A stretch of DNA of 64,000 nucleotides from a bacterium (lineage in GTDB: Bacteria > UBA8248): assembly GCA_965221165.1 (NCBI GenBank), contig CBDCRP010000002.1:1184001-1248000 (forward strand), read 5' to 3'. The first letter of the stretch is position 1. Each line of letters begins with the position of its first letter. The notes below the pieces were generated by a model. The model was not told the DNA's origin, searched no databases, and saw nothing but the letters and a program-made list of their open reading frames with translations. Of the stretch, positions 31,019 through 40,861 are shown piece by piece. The translations under genes and the position numbers were made by a program.

Positions 31019-32035
31019 CTATATCGCAAGCCGGTAGACGCGCCTGGCGTTGGTCGTGAGAATCATCTCCTGCTCGGATTCTGAGAGTCGGTTCAGACCC
31101 GGAATATCCCGCGCGGGCTGGTGATAGCCCATGTCCGCCGGATAATCCGTCCCGTATAGAATCCGCTTCGCTCCCAGCGTCCTGGCCGCGAATTCGAAGG
31201 CGTCCGCGTTGTGGATGATGGTGTCATAATAAAAACGGCCGAAATACTCCTCGGGGTCTTTGGCGCCATAGACTTTTGGTTCCCTGCGCTCGCCGTAGCC
31301 GTGCTGCCAGCGGCCCCGAATCCAGGGCACGTAACCCCCCACGTGGGAGAGATAGAATTTCAGTTTCGGGAACCTGTCCATCACGCCGCCGAAGATGAGG
31401 CACGCCACCGCGATGGTGGTATCGAGCGGATTGCCGATGAAATTTCTCAAGTAGAAATCCTTGAGCCGATCTCCCCCGCCCAGCACGTTCGTGGGATGCA
31501 CGAAGACGGGCATATCGAGCGCCTCGGCCTTGGCCCAGAAGACGTCCAGGTCCTGATCATCGAGATTTTTGCCCGCCACGTTCGAGGCGATCATCACGCC
31601 GAGATGGCCGTTCGCCTTCGCACGCGCAAGTTCCGCCGCAGCGGCTTCGGGCACCTGAAGGGGTGCGGTGGCCATACAGGAGAATTTATCGGGATACTCC
31701 CTGGCCAGCGCCGTCAGGCCGTCGTTCAGCGAGGCGGCCAACTCCTTGTTCGCTTCCGCCCCGAGCGTGTAGAGCGTCATGGCGGGGCCGATGGAGAGCA
31801 CCTGATGCGCGACGCCCATGCGCTCCATGTCGGCGAAGCGCGGCTCCAACTCATAATAAAGAGGCGTGAGCTTGTTCTTGAGCTCCGTCTCGCGCCCGAG
31901 AACCTTTCCGCGCGTGATGAGCCACTCACCGTGCGCGTCGGCCTCTATCGACGCCGTGCGGCCGAAGCGGCCCGCGCGCACGTCCGCAATGAACATTTCG
32001 GGGTAGATATGGGTATGGGGATCGATCGCCGTCAT
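31019..32035 (-). CDS. Amidohydrolase_2 (ACMSD/decarboxylase-like), paralog A
   Basis: IDPHTH, VFVHP, GGVMDRFP.L...SHVGG, YYDT, LYGTDYP. Confidence 0.88.
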   Translation of the reverse strand: MTAIDPHTHIYPEMFIADVRAGRFGRTASIEADAHGEWLITRGKVLGRETELKNKLTPLYYELEPRFADMERMGVAHQVLSIGPAMTLYTLGAEANKELAASLNDGLTALAREYPDKFSCMATAPLQVPEAAAAELARAKANGHLGVMIASNVAGKNLDDQDLDVFWAKAEALDMPVFVHPTNVLGGGDRLKDFYLRNFIGNPLDTTIAVACLIFGGVMDRFPKLKFYLSHVGGYVPWIRGRWQHGYGERREPKVYGAKDPEEYFGRFYYDTIIHNADAFEFAARTLGAKRILYGTDYPADMGYHQPARDIPGLNRLSESEQEMILTTNARRVYRLAI

Positions 32036-32118
32036 CTTTTTCCTATCTCTGTCGGGGGGAGGCCCACTCGGGCCTCCTCACCGCATACTTGTCGAGTTGC
32101 TTTCGCTGCCGCAGGCTA

Positions 32119-33135
32119 TTACACGTCCAGTTTGTAGAGTTTCTTCACGTTCCCGTAGAGCATTTGTTCCTGCTCTTCCGCCGAGAAGCGAGAAAGCCCC
32201 GGAATCTCCTTCGCCCCGGCCAGATAGCCCATGTCGAAGGGATAGTCCGTTCCGTAGAGAATCTTGTCCACGCCGAGTGTTTTCACGGCGAACTCGAAGG
32301 AATCCGCGTTGTGGATGATGGTGTCGTAATAAATCTTGCCGAAATACTGCTCGGGGTCTTTCGCGCCGTGCGCCTTGGGTTCTCTGCGCTCGCCGTAGCC
32401 GTGCTGCCAGCGGCCCCGGATCCAGGGCGTGAAGCCGCCCACGTGCGAGACCAGAAACTTGATGTTCGGGAAACGATCGAACACGCCGCCGAAGATGAGG
32501 CAGGCGATGGATATCGTCGTGTCGAGCGGGTTGCCGATGAAGTTTCTCAGGTAATAGTCCTTGAGCCTGTCGTTCACGCCCATGACGTCCACCGGGTGAA
32601 TGAAAATCGGTACGTCATGCTCGCACGCTTTGGCCCAGACGACGTCGAGCGCCGGGTCGTCCAGGTTCGTGCCCGCGACGTTCGAGCCGATCTGACAACC
32701 CAAATGGCCGTTTTTCACCGCGCGGTCGAGTTCGGCCGCCGCCGCTTCCGCGTCCTGGAGCGGAATTTGCGCCATACAGAGAAAACGCTCGGGGTGTTCT
32801 TTCGTGAGCGCGGTGAGCGCATCGTTCAAAGATGTGGAGAGTTCCCTGTTCAGGCCCGCGTCGAGCGCATAGTGCGTCATCGGCGGAACGACGGAGAGAA
32901 TCTGCATGTCCACGTTCTGGTTGTTGTCCATGTCGCTCAGGCGCATCTCGACGTCATAGGTTTCCTTCGGCAGCGGGTTCTTGTGAATCCGCTCCTCGCC
33001 GAGAACGGTGCTTTTCGTGACGAGTAGCTCCCACGGATCGCCCGCTTCGATGGTGACGGCGTCGCCGAAACGGCCTTGGCGCACGTCTTCGATGAAACTC
33101 TCGGGAGCAATATGGGCATGGGGGTCGATGATCAC
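32119..33135 (-). CDS. Amidohydrolase_2 (ACMSD/decarboxylase-like), paralog B
   Basis: IDPHAH, IFIHP, SHVGG, LYGTDYPFDMG; closely similar to paralog A. Confidence 0.88.
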   Translation of the reverse strand: MIIDPHAHIAPESFIEDVRQGRFGDAVTIEAGDPWELLVTKSTVLGEERIHKNPLPKETYDVEMRLSDMDNNQNVDMQILSVVPPMTHYALDAGLNRELSTSLNDALTALTKEHPERFLCMAQIPLQDAEAAAAELDRAVKNGHLGCQIGSNVAGTNLDDPALDVVWAKACEHDVPIFIHPVDVMGVNDRLKDYYLRNFIGNPLDTTISIACLIFGGVFDRFPNIKFLVSHVGGFTPWIRGRWQHGYGERREPKAHGAKDPEQYFGKIYYDTIIHNADSFEFAVKTLGVDKILYGTDYPFDMGYLAGAKEIPGLSRFSAEEQEQMLYGNVKKLYKLDV

Positions 33136-33261
33136 CGCGACTTCTCCTTATCGGTACGTGAATGAGGAAAACCTGCTCTCAGAAAAAAGATTTTTGGAAA
33201 TTTCGAGGGCCGATTATGCACATTTTGCCGCCGCCACGCCAGAGCGCGGGGCCTTGCGCCG

Positions 33262-34491
33262 TTAAAACGCCTTGTCGATCACGATTCGCACGTCCCGCGC
33301 TCCCACCCGCACGGGACGCGCCGTACGGCCTTCCAGATCGCCTGCGCCAGCGGGACCCGCCGAACCGTCCGCGTCCAGGCGCGCTGCGAGCGAAACCATT
33401 CCCTCGAAAGGAACGCCGGGAATCATCACGTTTCTCTTTGATATCTCAAACGCCAGCGGGAACCTCGGATTCGCCACGCGCACGACCGCCAGCGGGGGAC
33501 CTCCTCCGCCCTTGCGCGCGATCAAAAACAAGACGGGCTTGCCTTGGGCGTAAGCCTGCAAAGCGGAAGCAACCTCGATGGTGCCCGAAATCACTCCTTC
33601 TTTCCCTAGCGTCTGCGCGGGTTTTCGCCCAGGCGCGCCTTTCGCCTCTTGAGTCAGAACGATCTCCACATCGCGCGCGCCCACCTGAACCGGCCCGCGA
33701 GCGCCGCCGAAAATATCGCCCGCCTGCGTCCCGACCTTTCCGTCGCCATCCAGCTTGGCGATGAGGTTGACCTCACCCGCGAACGCCACCCCCTGGAGCA
33801 TCACGTTTTGCTCGCTCATGGTGAATTCCAGAGGAAAGCCAGGATTCAGAATCCGCATGACCGCTAGGGGCGGGCCGGGCTGCTTACCACGCGCGATGAT
33901 GAAAATAGCCGCCTTGCCCTTCGCCTTTTCAGCCAGTGCGGGGGCGACGCGAACCACGCCGCGAATCGTCTTGCCGCTCCCGGTGGGTGGCTTTGCCTGC
34001 GGAGACGGAGAGGGCCTGGGGGGAGCTTTTTTCGCCACCTTCGGCGGAGGCGCGGTACCGATTTTATCGATCACCACGTCCACGTTCGTCGCACCCACGG
34101 TAACCTGGCCTGAGGCCCTCCCCTCGAAATCACCTTTGACCATTGGCCCGGGGACGCCATCCGCATCGAGGCGGGCGCGCACGCGGACACGGCCAGCGAA
34201 TTTCTGCCCGCGAATCATCACGTCGTCTTTCGTGATGACGTAGCTATAGGGAAACCGCGTCTCCACGAGACGCTGCACCGCCAGCGGCGGCCCGCCTCCC
34301 TCGCGCTCCAGTATGATGAAGAGCGTACGCGTGCGCCACGCCTTTACAGGCAGCTTCCCGCTCATCCGAATGACGCCCGAGACGGATTTTTCCGGCGGGC
34401 CGAGTTCGGGCAGCAGATCGCAACCGCCCAGAATCAATGAGAAACAAATAGACACAAGAGCGGCGCAAGAATTTTCGAATATGCGCATCAT
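33262..34491 (-). CDS. Putative lipoprotein with three CcmI/CycH C-terminal Ig-like repeats
   Basis: LILGGC lipobox; three copies of [I/V]SG.I...LF[IL]IAR..GGPPLAV.R....FP..F.....VM..G..F.G.V...ARLD.DG....GD..G. Confidence 0.7.
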   Translation of the reverse strand: MMRIFENSCAALVSICFSLILGGCDLLPELGPPEKSVSGVIRMSGKLPVKAWRTRTLFIILEREGGGPPLAVQRLVETRFPYSYVITKDDVMIRGQKFAGRVRVRARLDADGVPGPMVKGDFEGRASGQVTVGATNVDVVIDKIGTAPPPKVAKKAPPRPSPSPQAKPPTGSGKTIRGVVRVAPALAEKAKGKAAIFIIARGKQPGPPLAVMRILNPGFPLEFTMSEQNVMLQGVAFAGEVNLIAKLDGDGKVGTQAGDIFGGARGPVQVGARDVEIVLTQEAKGAPGRKPAQTLGKEGVISGTIEVASALQAYAQGKPVLFLIARKGGGGPPLAVVRVANPRFPLAFEISKRNVMIPGVPFEGMVSLAARLDADGSAGPAGAGDLEGRTARPVRVGARDVRIVIDKAF

Positions 34492-35423
34492 GGGCTTTTC
34501 CCTGGTGAGTTCGCCCGTAAAAAGGCCTCCACCTCGTTCAGGCGGGGAAGCGCGGCCCTTCCCCCGAGAGCGGTGCAGTTCATCGCGGCGACCGCGTTGG
34601 CGAAGCGCAACGTATCCTCAAGACCCATCTTTCGCAATACGCCGTACAAAAACCCGGCATGAAACGCATCCCCCGCCCCCGTGGTGTCCACCACATCCAC
34701 GTGAAAGCCCGGCGATACATAAAACCGCGCCCCATCGTATGCGAGCGCGCCGCGCGCGCCGAGGGTGACGCCCACCACTTTGGGCCCCATCGCGTGCAGC
34801 AAGCGCAAGGCTTCGCGGTGATCGGAAACGCCGGTGAGCAGAGCGGGGAAATCCTCCGCCGCCATCAGGTAATCCGTGAGTCCGATGAGTTCTTCGATTC
34901 CCTCGGGCGCGCGTTCCGCATCCAGGAACACAGGCGCGCCCTCCCCGCGCGCCCACCGGGCGGCCAGGATTTCCGCCTCGATGTGGTGGCCGTCCAAATG
35001 CAGGGAGCGGCCTGCTCTCACAACCTCCTCGCACACATCTTCGAGAGCCAGTGAGACCTCGCGCCGCCATAGAATCGTCCGCGAGCCTTTCTCCTCCTCG
35101 TCGCCTTCTTGCTGCACGATGATCAGGGCGAACTGGCTCGCGCGTCCTTTCTGGGTGATGACGCCGTCTACGTTCACACCCTCCGCTTTCAAACTCGCAA
35201 GAGAAAACGCGCCCGTCTCATCGTCACCCACCGCGCCGATGTAGGCCGCACACAAACCCAGACGCGCCAGCGCCGCCATTGCCGTGGCCGCCTGGCCGCC
35301 GCCCTCGCGCGCCATCTCCAGAATCCCGCTCTTGGTGTTGGCCTGCGGATACTCATTCACCACGCAGAACTGATCCACCGAATTCAAGCCGATTCCCACG
35401 GCGTCGAATTTTTTCTGCGTCAT
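34488..35423 (-). CDS. PfkB-family carbohydrate kinase
   Basis: GGGQAATA...LARLG, GAVGDD, VTLGARG, VVDTTGAGDAF. Confidence 0.92.
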   Translation of the reverse strand: MTQKKFDAVGIGLNSVDQFCVVNEYPQANTKSGILEMAREGGGQAATAMAALARLGLCAAYIGAVGDDETGAFSLASLKAEGVNVDGVITQKGRASQFALIIVQQEGDEEEKGSRTILWRREVSLALEDVCEEVVRAGRSLHLDGHHIEAEILAARWARGEGAPVFLDAERAPEGIEELIGLTDYLMAAEDFPALLTGVSDHREALRLLHAMGPKVVGVTLGARGALAYDGARFYVSPGFHVDVVDTTGAGDAFHAGFLYGVLRKMGLEDTLRFANAVAAMNCTALGGRAALPRLNEVEAFLRANSPGKSP

Positions 35424-35440
35424 GAAAGGAAGTTTCCGCT

Positions 35441-36193
35441 TCAGATGAATTCGCGCAGGCGAACACCTTCGGGGTCTGCGGCGTCGAGTCCGGCGCGCTC
35501 GGCGGCGGTGGGTTCCGGCGTGGTGGACACGGGTTCCAGATCGCCCAGGTCGAATCCCGTGGCCGCACGCAAGGCTTCGGGCGTCACATCCTGGTGAATC
35601 GACTTGACTCGGAGGCGGCCATCCACTTTTTTAAAAATGCACAAGGGAGTCACGACCCCCTCCACGTTGCCGGAAGCAGTCACGAAATCGCAACGCTCCG
35701 GAAAGCTCCTCGCGTCGTGCACCGTTCTCCAGAGCACGGTGCGCCCGGCCGTGGGCAGAATATGCGCGCTGCCCGCACCACCTGGCAGACGCACCTTGGG
35801 GGCCGCGGGGTCCCCGATGAAGGAGAGGTTCATGTCGCCTCGCGCGTCGATTTGCGCGCCGCCCAGAAACGCCAGGTCGAGCTTGCCACGAGCAGATAAA
35901 TCAAAGATTTCCATCAAGTTGAAATAGGAAAGCGCGCCTTCCATGAGCTGCCGCGCCACCGTGGAGCCCGGAAGATAGGAAGGCCTGGGATCCACGCCGC
36001 CCGGTATGTTCAGATAGGTCAGGTTCGGCGCATGGGTTTTCCGGGCCATGACGATCGCCGCCATCGGCAGCGGGGAGGCCACGCCGTGGAACACGAGTTC
36101 CCCATCGCGAATGAATCTCGACAGAAAAACCGCCATCTTATCGGCGGTGGCGCGCACCCCCTCGGACGCGCCTTCACGCAAGTCGACGCTCAT
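35441..36193 (-). CDS. CoA-transferase-fold beta subunit (GctB/IpdB-like)
   Basis: LDLAFLGGAQIDARGDMNLS...RLPGGAGS; start reassigned to MSVDLRE. Confidence 0.8.
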   Translation of the reverse strand: MSVDLREGASEGVRATADKMAVFLSRFIRDGELVFHGVASPLPMAAIVMARKTHAPNLTYLNIPGGVDPRPSYLPGSTVARQLMEGALSYFNLMEIFDLSARGKLDLAFLGGAQIDARGDMNLSFIGDPAAPKVRLPGGAGSAHILPTAGRTVLWRTVHDARSFPERCDFVTASGNVEGVVTPLCIFKKVDGRLRVKSIHQDVTPEALRAATGFDLGDLEPVSTTPEPTAAERAGLDAADPEGVRLREFI

Positions 36194-37032
36194 GCGACGC
36201 CCCCGGAGGCCGCCGCGCTTACCGTATAATCGCGCTCCTCCCAGGAATCCAGATGGGCGCGCAGGGATTCCGCACGAGAGGCCGAATCGAGGTACGCACT
36301 CACCGCGTCCTCGTCGATATCGTAAAACGGATGACATCCCCCGGGCCGCGCACCCCCCGGCGCGTGCACGACCGCCTGCACCATGAAGGCGGGAACCGCC
36401 GTTCTGTCGGGTTTCTCGACGAAAAACGCGGTCTCCTCGATTCGCTCCGCCGTCAGAATCACCGCCTCGGCCGCTCTGGACATCAAGACGTCCTCGAACG
36501 CGCCGCCATCTATCCGCGCGTTCCCCTCCGCGTCGGCATACGTCACGTGGAGAACCGCGAACCGGGGCCTGATTCTGGGAACCATATAGACCAACTCGCC
36601 CGTGTAGGGATCCTTGACCTGCCGAAAACCCGTATGCGCCGCCACGTCGCTGCCCTCCAGACCCGCCGTGGGCTGGCTCGGAAGACCATAGGCGGAAGCC
36701 CTGAGGCCTGCGATGACCGTGGAACAGGCGTGTTCCACCGCCTGCACGCGGCCTTCCTCCACGCTGCGGCGGTAGGAAGGCGCCAGACCGAAGAGGTTCT
36801 CGAATCCCACGTAGCCCGTCTGCGTCTGCGCCACGGCCCCCGCCGCACACAGCAAGTCGACGTCATAGGCGCCGGCCGTCTTCACGAGACGCAAACCCAT
36901 CCGCCCCCGCCGAGCGAGTTCCCGGACGAAGGCGGCGGGAATCCTTGTGAGCGCGTTGCCGCCCAAAGCGAGCAAGTCTCCATCCTGCACGAAGGCCGCC
37001 GCTTGCTTGAGAGACATTATCTTGCCTGCCAT
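36190..37032 (-). CDS. CoA-transferase-fold alpha subunit (GctA-like)
   Basis: KIMSLKQAAAFVQDGD.LALGG, LRASAYGLP, DPYTGE, ADAEGNA; start MAGKIM with GAGGAGG RBS. Confidence 0.85.
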   Translation of the reverse strand: MAGKIMSLKQAAAFVQDGDLLALGGNALTRIPAAFVRELARRGRMGLRLVKTAGAYDVDLLCAAGAVAQTQTGYVGFENLFGLAPSYRRSVEEGRVQAVEHACSTVIAGLRASAYGLPSQPTAGLEGSDVAAHTGFRQVKDPYTGELVYMVPRIRPRFAVLHVTYADAEGNARIDGGAFEDVLMSRAAEAVILTAERIEETAFFVEKPDRTAVPAFMVQAVVHAPGGARPGGCHPFYDIDEDAVSAYLDSASRAESLRAHLDSWEERDYTVSAAASGGVA

Positions 37033-37167
37033 CGATTCCTCCTCGTCGTGATTACCAGAGCTCCGATTATCCCTCAGAGGCGCGCGCCTCTCAAGGCGGA
37101 CGAGCCGACGCACCGTGAACTTCACGCATAAGGGATTGAATTTTCTGAAAAACCCGGTTTTTTCCAT

Positions 37168-37196
37168 TTGACAAGAACATCCATATTTCCTAGGGT
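37168..37196 (+). promoter_or_regulatory. sigma70-type promoter of scpAB
   Basis: TTGACA-17 nt-TAGGGT. Confidence 0.55.
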
Positions 37197-37291
37197 GGAA
37201 GTAATTCTAGGGTAGTGGAGAGCCTTACCCGTCCACTGGCTCTAAAAATTGCCCCCAAAAGCCCCTCACGCTCCGCCCATCCGGGGTCTGC

Positions 37292-38221
37292 ATGAATCCC
37301 CATGAAAATGGTCCAGGAACCGAAGGCCCGGCTGCGCCTTCAGAGGCATTTGATCTGGCCGACCTCCCATTGGGCCGGGACATGTCCGCAGGAAATCCCG
37401 AGAACTGGGAAATCCTGGAAACTCCTCCCGCGACCGAGGCGGATTCTCCCGTGAGCAGCGTCGCCGCTCCCGGCATTCCCGATGATTCGGAGCGATTCAA
37501 CGTCAAAATCGACGTCTTCGAAGGGCCGCTCGAACTCCTGCTCCATCTGGTGCGCGAGCACAAGCTGGACATCCACGATATTCCGGTCGCCTTCATCACG
37601 GATCAATACCTGAAATACGTGGAACTGCTCAAAAAGCTGAACATCAACATGGCGTCGGAATACCTCGTCATGGCTTCCTACCTGGTCTACATCAAAAGCA
37701 GAACGCTTCTGCCCCGAACCGAAGATGACATAGAAGAGGAAGACCCCGAAGTCCTGCGCCAGGAACTCCAGCGCCAGCTCATCGAATACCAGAAATTCAA
37801 AAAAATCAGCCAAGTGTTCCGCCACGCCGAAGAGGAGCAATCCTGGCTCCATACGCGGGGCGACGACCCTCTCCTGCTGGAGGATGACGAGGAAGAAGAA
37901 GCACCCAAACTGCAAGTGACGGTGTTCGACCTCATCAGCGCAATGCAGCATCTCATCGAATCCATCGGGGAAGAGGGCGTTCACTTCGTGGACATCGATG
38001 AGCTCGAAGTCGCCGACTTGAGAACCAAACTGCTGGACACCCTGGAGAACGCAGGCGAGCAGGGCGTCTATTTCCACTCATTGTTCCAAACGAGGCGCAC
38101 GCTGGAAGTGGTGGTGATATTTCTGGCGCTCTTGGAACTCATCAAGGGAAATCTCATCGTGGCGCAACAGGCGTCGAATTTCGGAGAAATTCGTATTACG
38201 AAGGCGGTGAATGATGAATAA
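37292..38221 (+). CDS. scpA: Segregation and condensation protein A (kleisin)
   Basis: FEGPLELLLHLV...DIP...ITDQYL...EYLVMAS...IKSR.LLP; FLALLEL; start uncertain. Confidence 0.93.
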   Translation: MNPHENGPGTEGPAAPSEAFDLADLPLGRDMSAGNPENWEILETPPATEADSPVSSVAAPGIPDDSERFNVKIDVFEGPLELLLHLVREHKLDIHDIPVAFITDQYLKYVELLKKLNINMASEYLVMASYLVYIKSRTLLPRTEDDIEEEDPEVLRQELQRQLIEYQKFKKISQVFRHAEEEQSWLHTRGDDPLLLEDDEEEEAPKLQVTVFDLISAMQHLIESIGEEGVHFVDIDELEVADLRTKLLDTLENAGEQGVYFHSLFQTRRTLEVVVIFLALLELIKGNLIVAQQASNFGEIRITKAVNDE

Positions 38222-39218
38222 TTCTCAACCAGAAAATCAGGAAACAGCGCAGATAGAAACGGAAGCTCCCTTCGAACTCGCAGAGGATGGGGCGTCGTCT
38301 CCGGACGCAGCGGCCAAGGCTCTGGCGGAGCATCAGATGGAGGCGATGGAGGAGCTTCGCGAGGAGACGCCTTTCGAAATCGATGAGTCGCAAGATCGCC
38401 TCGAAGTGGCCGAAGACGCGCCCGATGACGAGGAAGCCGGAGAAATCGATAAGGACGCGCCGCTCGTCATGGACCTCGTTGAGACGAAAAAAATTATCGA
38501 ATCCATCCTCTTCGTCGCAAGCGAGCCGCTCAGACCACGGGACCTCTCTTTTCTGTTCAAGGGCGTATCCAACGTGAACGCCAAGGTCGTCCGAAAACTC
38601 CTGGCCGAGCTGATCGAAGAATATCAGGAGAAAACCTTGCAGATCATCGAAGTGGCCGAGGGCTTCCGCCTGTGCACGCGCGCAGAGTTCTCCCCCTGGG
38701 TGAAACGGTTCTCCAAAACGGCGAAGAAAACCAAGTTGTCCCAGGCGGCGCTCGAAACCCTGGCCATCCTGGCCTACAAACAACCCATTACCAAAGCGGA
38801 GGTCGAAGAGATCAGGCGGGTGGATTGCGGCGGCGTGCTGCACACCCTGCTCGAGCGCGGACTCATCCGCATCCTCGGGCGTCGGGACGTCGTGGGCCGG
38901 CCCATCGTCTACGGCACCACGCCCTTGTTCCTGGAGCATTTCGGCTTCAAGAACCTCTCGGATATGCCGAAGCCTGAGGAGTTCGAAACGTCCGAAAGAC
39001 TGGATTTAGGACCATCGGAAGGGATAGAGGAAATCATCGCGCTCGACGCCGAGGAGGAGGCGCAACCGCAAAACGACCACTCGAACGGCCATGCGAACGG
39101 GGACACGAATGGTCATGCTAACGGCCATGCGAATGGGAGCGCAGAGGGGGAGGAAACGCTCACGGAAACGGGCACTACTCCCGAAGACCCCGAAAAGAAG
39201 GCGGAGACCACCTCCTGA
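38214..39218 (+). CDS. scpB: SMC-Scp complex subunit ScpB with acidic N- and C-terminal extensions
   Basis: IESILF, LSQAALETLAILAYKQPITKAEVEEIR, GRPIVYGTT.FLEHFG. Confidence 0.95.
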   Translation: MNNSQPENQETAQIETEAPFELAEDGASSPDAAAKALAEHQMEAMEELREETPFEIDESQDRLEVAEDAPDDEEAGEIDKDAPLVMDLVETKKIIESILFVASEPLRPRDLSFLFKGVSNVNAKVVRKLLAELIEEYQEKTLQIIEVAEGFRLCTRAEFSPWVKRFSKTAKKTKLSQAALETLAILAYKQPITKAEVEEIRRVDCGGVLHTLLERGLIRILGRRDVVGRPIVYGTTPLFLEHFGFKNLSDMPKPEEFETSERLDLGPSEGIEEIIALDAEEEAQPQNDHSNGHANGDTNGHANGHANGSAEGEETLTETGTTPEDPEKKAETTS

Positions 39219-39247
39219 CGAAACCCCCGACATTCTGGTACAACCAT

Positions 39248-39283
39248 AAGGAGGAGAGCCTGGGCTTTCCTCCTTTCTTTTTT
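39248..39283 (+). terminator. Rho-independent terminator after scpB
   Basis: AAGGAGGAGAGC-CTGG-GCTTTCCTCCTT stem followed by TCTTTTTT. Confidence 0.7.
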
Positions 39284-39324
39284 CTGCGCGTGGCACGTGC
39301 CAAGCCTACTCATAGGGATTAACA

Positions 39325-40269
39325 ATGCGTTTCGGGATCATGGCGACGGGAGGCGTGGGCGGCTACTTCGGCGCCATGCTGGCGAGGGGCGGTAAGGACG
39401 TCGCCTTCATCGCGCGCGGCGCGCACCTAGAAGCCATGCGGATAGAGGGACTTCGCGTGGAAAGCGTCTTACCCGGTGAATTCAGCATACAAAAAGGAGT
39501 GTTCACGGATTCACCTGCTGAGGCTGGCGTGTGCGAAGTCATTCTCTATTGCGTGAAAACGACCGCCAATGACACCGCCATTCCCGCCATCGCGCCCATG
39601 GTCGGCCCGGACACCGTGATCATCAACCTGCAAAACGGCGTGGACAACGAGGAGAAACTGGCGGCCGCCTATGGAACTGAGCGGGTGATGGGCGGGGCGG
39701 CTTACATATTCACCTCCATCGCGGAGCCGGGCCTCATCCGGCAAATCGGGGGGCCGAGGCGAATGGTTTTAGGCGAGATGAGCAGCGGCGCAAGCGAGCG
39801 TAGTGATGAAATACTAAGCGAACTGAAAGAGGCGGAAATCAACGCGGAGTACTCCGAAGACATCGAAGCGGAGCTTTGGACGAAGTTCATCTTCATCTGC
39901 GCGGTCGGCGGCATGACGGCGCTCACGCGCTCCACCATCGGCGAGATCATGGCTTATGAGGGCACGAGAAACATGATGCGTGAGACGATGCGCGAGGTCT
40001 TTCTGGTGGGCCGGGCGAAGGGCGTGAACCTTCCCGGTGGCGCGGACGAGGGGCGCTACCGCTTCATCGACGAGCAAAACCCGGCCAGCAAGGGCAGCCT
40101 GTGCCATGACCTAGAAGCCGGCAAGCGTCTCGAGATCGACGCGCTGTGCGGAACGGTCTCGCGCATCGGGGCGGAGGTGGGCGTCAAGACGCCGTGCAAC
40201 GATTTCATCTCGCACACCCTGAAACTCGCCGACCTTCAAATCGCGGGCGAGGTGAAGCCCACATTATGA
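39325..40269 (+). CDS. panE: 2-dehydropantoate 2-reductase (ketopantoate reductase family)
   Basis: GGVGGYFG, LQNG, WTKF catalytic Lys, RLEID catalytic Glu. Confidence 0.88.
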   Translation: MRFGIMATGGVGGYFGAMLARGGKDVAFIARGAHLEAMRIEGLRVESVLPGEFSIQKGVFTDSPAEAGVCEVILYCVKTTANDTAIPAIAPMVGPDTVIINLQNGVDNEEKLAAAYGTERVMGGAAYIFTSIAEPGLIRQIGGPRRMVLGEMSSGASERSDEILSELKEAEINAEYSEDIEAELWTKFIFICAVGGMTALTRSTIGEIMAYEGTRNMMRETMREVFLVGRAKGVNLPGGADEGRYRFIDEQNPASKGSLCHDLEAGKRLEIDALCGTVSRIGAEVGVKTPCNDFISHTLKLADLQIAGEVKPTL

Positions 40270-40365
40270 GCGCGCCGCTCGCTTATATTTCACCATCAGC
40301 CGTGACGTGGTAATCTTTCGATAACCCCGAATTCATCCAGACAAACACACGGAGAAGCGATTTCG

Positions 40366-40833
40366 ATGGCCCGAAAATACTGGCTCATGAAGAGCGAACC
40401 GGACGCATACTCGTTCGACGATCTGATGGCGGAGCCCGAGCGGACCGCCTGTTGGGACGGCATTAGAAACTATCAGGCCAGAAACTTCATGATGGAGATG
40501 AAGGTGGACGACTTCGTTCTCTTTTATCACTCGAACGCGAAGCCGCCCCACGTGGCGGGCACCGCGCGGGTAGCGCGGGAATCCTACCCCGACCACACCC
40601 AATACGATGAGAAATCGAAATACTACGACCCGAAAGCTCCCGCCGACGCCCCCCGCTGGCAGATGGTCGATCTGCAGGCGATGGAAAAGCTCCCCCGGCC
40701 CGTCTCACTGAACGAACTAAAGGAGAACCCCAAACTGGCCGAGATGCGCGTCACCCAGAAAGGGCAGCGCCTGAGCGTTCAGCCCGTGACCAAAAAGGAA
40801 TTCGACGAAGTGCTGCGCATGGCGAAAAAATAA
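40366..40833 (+). CDS. EVE domain protein
   Basis: YWLMKSEP...WDGIRNYQARNFM...FYHSN...RLSVQPV. Confidence 0.95.
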   Translation: MARKYWLMKSEPDAYSFDDLMAEPERTACWDGIRNYQARNFMMEMKVDDFVLFYHSNAKPPHVAGTARVARESYPDHTQYDEKSKYYDPKAPADAPRWQMVDLQAMEKLPRPVSLNELKENPKLAEMRVTQKGQRLSVQPVTKKEFDEVLRMAKK

Positions 40834-40861
40834 CCATTCGCAGCGCGGAGAACCGGCGCGT

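Noticed and set aside
36194-36850. Extension of the 469-aa ORF upstream of the CoA-transferase beta subunit
   Set aside because: Gly/Arg-rich off-frame overlap with the alpha subunit gene.
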